Part shown: positions 61,418 to 64,000 of the stretch, one piece after another
How the letters are laid out: the number at the start of each line of letters is the position of its first letter
How positions within the stretch are numbered: position 1 is the first letter of the stretch
Assembly: GCA_947632395.1 (NCBI GenBank)
Contig: CANRPA010000001.1
Coordinates: 23,922-87,921, forward strand
Source of the DNA: an uncultured Bacilli bacterium
GTDB lineage: Bacteria; Bacillota_I; Bacilli_A; RF39; UBA660
DNA length: 64,000 bases
Direction of reading: 5' to 3'
Position numbers and translations under genes: made by a program
Notes under the pieces: model-generated
Told to the model about the DNA's origin: nothing
Databases searched by the model: none
The model's input: only the letters and a program-made list of their open reading frames with translations

Positions 61418-63124
61418 TTGAAAACTAATAATATTGTAAAAAAAATATTAAATGCAATAGTTAATTTTTTCATGACGATTTCTTTATTTGTCTATAAATT
61501 TATTAAATATGTTTGGTATGGTCTACTATGGCCTTTAGTATTTATAGTAATTTTAATATGTAAATTAATTATTAAAAGAAGAGAAAAAAGAGTCGAAAAA
61601 CTGAAGAAAAATGCTGAGAAAATATATGAAAAAGAAAACAAAAAGAATAATAAAAAAGATAACGAGAAAATAAATTATAATGAACATAAAGATTTAAAAT
61701 CAAAGAAAAAAGGTTTAGGTTATTATATAAATGAAGCATTATCTGCAATTATTTCTATACCTAAAAACATTAAGAAAAAATTTGATAATATTGCAGTTGT
61801 TAAGCAAGCAAAAAATAAAAAAGCATTTGACACTAAAACCATGCTTGTAGATTTCGGTGTTGATGAAAGTCAAGATAAAGATAAAAAAGAAAATGTTGTT
61901 ACATGGGAGTATATAGCAATCAATGAAAATGGCAAAAAAATAAAAGGATATTTTGATGCTGTTTCAAAATCAAATGTTCAATCATTTTTAGTAAATGAAG
62001 GATTAGCTGTCTATAGTATTAGAACAAGTAAAATGATTCAATTTTTACATGGTAAAGTAAAAAATACTGAAGTAAGAATAAAAAATAAAGATTTAATATT
62101 TTTACTTTCGCAATTATCAACATATCTAAAATCTGGTATTACACTTGTTGACTCATTAAATATTTTAATAAGACAAGTTACTAAAAAATCATATAAAAAT
62201 ATTTTAAGAGAAGTTACATATGATCTTACAAGAGGAGAATCTTTTTCATCAGCTTTAGATAAAAGAGGTAGGTCATTTCCAAAACTTTTAATAAATATGG
62301 TTAAAGCATCAGAACTTACTGGTGAATTGCCTGAAACACTTGATGATATGGTTGAGTATTATACTGAAGTAGAGTCTGCAAGAAGAGAAATGATAAGTGC
62401 TCTTACATATCCATCAATGGTATTTATATTTTCACTTGCAGTTGTTACATTTGTTATGATATACGTTGTTCCAAGATTTGTAGAAATATACAATACAATG
62501 GATTCTAATCATATTCCTGCATTTACACTAACAGTAATAAATGTAAGTCATTTCTTGGAGGAAAATGTAATTTGGATAATACTAGCATTTATATTATTTA
62601 TTTTAATACAAGTGTATCTGTATAAAAATGTTAAAGTAATTAGAATATTCTACCAGTGGTTATTTATGCATATACCTATTATTAAAAATGTTATTATATA
62701 TAATGAAGTTACAATGTTCTCTAAAACCTTTGCTTCATTACTGTCACATAATGTATATATAACAGATAGTATGGAGATTTTAAATAGAGTTACAAATAAT
62801 GAAATATATAAAATGATGATATTAGATACTGTAGCAAATCTTGCTAGAGGTGATAAGATATCAACTGCATTTAAGGATCAATGGGCTTTCCCAGTACCAG
62901 CATATGAAATGATAGTAACTGGTGAAAGAACAGGGGAACTAGCAGAAATGATGTCAAGAGTTTCTACATATTATCAAAGTTTACATAAAAATATGGTTAC
63001 AAGAATTAAGTCACTTGTAGAACCAATATTAATAATTTTCTTAACATTCACAGTAGGTATTATATTATTAGCAATTATTATACCAATGTTTACAATGTAT
63101 AGAGAAGTACAAAGATTAGGGTGA
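61418..63124 (+). CDS. pilC: type IV pilus platform protein PilC (T2SS-F family) with a ~140-aa N-terminal TM plus Lys-rich extension
   Basis: The PilC N-domain begins at WEYIAINENGKKIKGYFDA, followed by two GspF repeats and 3 TM helices. The upstream extension is reached from a TTG start after GGTAGGTG. An alternative internal start is MLVDFG. Confidence 0.7.
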   Translation: MKTNNIVKKILNAIVNFFMTISLFVYKFIKYVWYGLLWPLVFIVILICKLIIKRREKRVEKLKKNAEKIYEKENKKNNKKDNEKINYNEHKDLKSKKKGLGYYINEALSAIISIPKNIKKKFDNIAVVKQAKNKKAFDTKTMLVDFGVDESQDKDKKENVVTWEYIAINENGKKIKGYFDAVSKSNVQSFLVNEGLAVYSIRTSKMIQFLHGKVKNTEVRIKNKDLIFLLSQLSTYLKSGITLVDSLNILIRQVTKKSYKNILREVTYDLTRGESFSSALDKRGRSFPKLLINMVKASELTGELPETLDDMVEYYTEVESARREMISALTYPSMVFIFSLAVVTFVMIYVVPRFVEIYNTMDSNHIPAFTLTVINVSHFLEENVIWIILAFILFILIQVYLYKNVKVIRIFYQWLFMHIPIIKNVIIYNEVTMFSKTFASLLSHNVYITDSMEILNRVTNNEIYKMMILDTVANLARGDKISTAFKDQWAFPVPAYEMIVTGERTGELAEMMSRVSTYYQSLHKNMVTRIKSLVEPILIIFLTFTVGIILLAIIIPMFTMYREVQRLG

Positions 63125-63129
63125 TGTAG

Positions 63130-63900
63130 ATGCCTTTTAGCATATTATTATCGTTCTTTATATTAGGAACAATATTTGGATCATTTTATAATGTTGTTGG
63201 ATATAGATTACCAAAGGGGGAGTCTATTCTATATCCAGCATCACATTGTCCTAAGTGTAATCACAAATTAACACCTTTAGAATTGATACCAATTTTATCT
63301 TTTTTATTTCAAGGTGGAAAATGCAAAAATTGTAAAGCTAAAATATCTTGGTTTTATCCAATATTTGAATTTAGTAGTGGAGTATTATTCGCATTATCAT
63401 ATCAAATATTTGGTTTTTCATTAGAGTGTTTGCTTTCAATAGTATTTATTTCCATGCTGCTTATAGTAATTATAAGTGATTATCAAACTATGACTATACC
63501 AGATAGTGTATTAATAGTTTTTTCATTATTTATAATAATAATAAAGTTTTTTATTGTAGGATTTAAAGGTGTTGGAATATCACTATTGAATGGACTGGCA
63601 GCATTTATATTTATGTTTTTACTAAAGTTGTTTGGTGATTTTTTATTTAAGAAAGAATCAATGGGTGGTGGAGATATAAAATTAATGGCAGTTTTTGGTT
63701 TAACCTTAGGATTTCCAATGACGATAGTATCAATTTTTATGTCAGCATTTATAGGTCTACCAATATCACTTATAATATTACATAAGAATTCATCACATGA
63801 AATTCCATATGGACCATTTTTATCGATATCAGCAATTATCGTAATTTTATCTAAATTGGATATAAATACAATAATTAAATTTTTAACGTTTGGAAAATAG
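63130..63900 (+). CDS. pilD: prepilin peptidase (A24 family, PilD)
   Basis: N-terminal zinc-binding CPKC...CKNC tetracysteine domain and catalytic Asp-containing TM segments (ISDYQT..., GGGDIKL). Confidence 0.85.
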   Translation: MPFSILLSFFILGTIFGSFYNVVGYRLPKGESILYPASHCPKCNHKLTPLELIPILSFLFQGGKCKNCKAKISWFYPIFEFSSGVLFALSYQIFGFSLECLLSIVFISMLLIVIISDYQTMTIPDSVLIVFSLFIIIIKFFIVGFKGVGISLLNGLAAFIFMFLLKLFGDFLFKKESMGGGDIKLMAVFGLTLGFPMTIVSIFMSAFIGLPISLIILHKNSSHEIPYGPFLSISAIIVILSKLDINTIIKFLTFGK

Positions 63901-64000
63901 ATAATATCTATTTTTTTATTATATACTAAAAAAAATAAGTCTTTTGACTTATTTAAATATATTTCTTTTTGAACTAAATATAGATTTTTTTCGTTCATTT

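Noticed and set aside
63483-63998. 171-aa minus-strand ORF overlapping pilD
   Set aside because: It is antisense to a confident prepilin peptidase CDS.
1-64000. Search for CRISPR arrays, IS elements, integrases and prophage remnants
   Set aside because: I saw no repeat-spacer periodicity. No transposase, recombinase or phage structural gene appears in any confident ORF. The tRNA-Asn pair has no adjacent integrase or direct repeat.

Overview
This is an AT-rich, low-GC Firmicutes (Clostridia-like) chromosomal segment, and all calls below were made by eye from the sequence and the ORF track. Most of the window is housekeeping, read left to right: an adenylate-forming ligase, a hybrid histidine kinase with a single-domain receiver, miaB, rubrerythrin, uvrA, a MurC-like ligase, a sigma-70-family gene, rnhC, cvpA and mtaB. 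Next comes a T-box leader followed by two tRNA-Asn(GUU) genes and gatC-gatA-gatB-aspS, then pyrG, a DAACS symporter, obg, a TrmH-family methyltransferase, rimM and trmD. ppdK follows, then topoisomerase IV parE/parC, uvsE, and dnaG-sigA-trmK. Among these sit several accessory-looking islands. (1) A compact Tad/Flp-like pilus-assembly locus (10.9-15.8 kb) has two TadE-like prepilins, TadZ-, TadA-, TadB- and TadC-like genes, but no recognisable Flp pilin or TadV; its TadB homologue is fused to an N-terminal Ig-like (DUF5011-like) domain. (2) A type IV pilin-like gene whose tail carries two DUF5011-like repeats lies at 50.2 kb, and pilC (with an N-terminal extension) and pilD lie at 61.4-63.9 kb. 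(3) Two tandem paralogues downstream of obg share an uncharacterised ~270-aa N-terminal domain fused to BspA-type leucine-rich repeats; a divergent kinase-like gene and a translationally coupled small ORF flank them. (4) An envelope-modification cluster contains an InlB-B-repeat/Big_2 surface protein, a lipoprotein, an MBOAT O-acyltransferase, a DHHW protein and a polysaccharide deacetylase, with a perfect 16-bp palindrome in front of the deacetylase gene. I saw no CRISPR array, transposase or integrase. Coordinates I counted by hand may be off by 1-2 nt.
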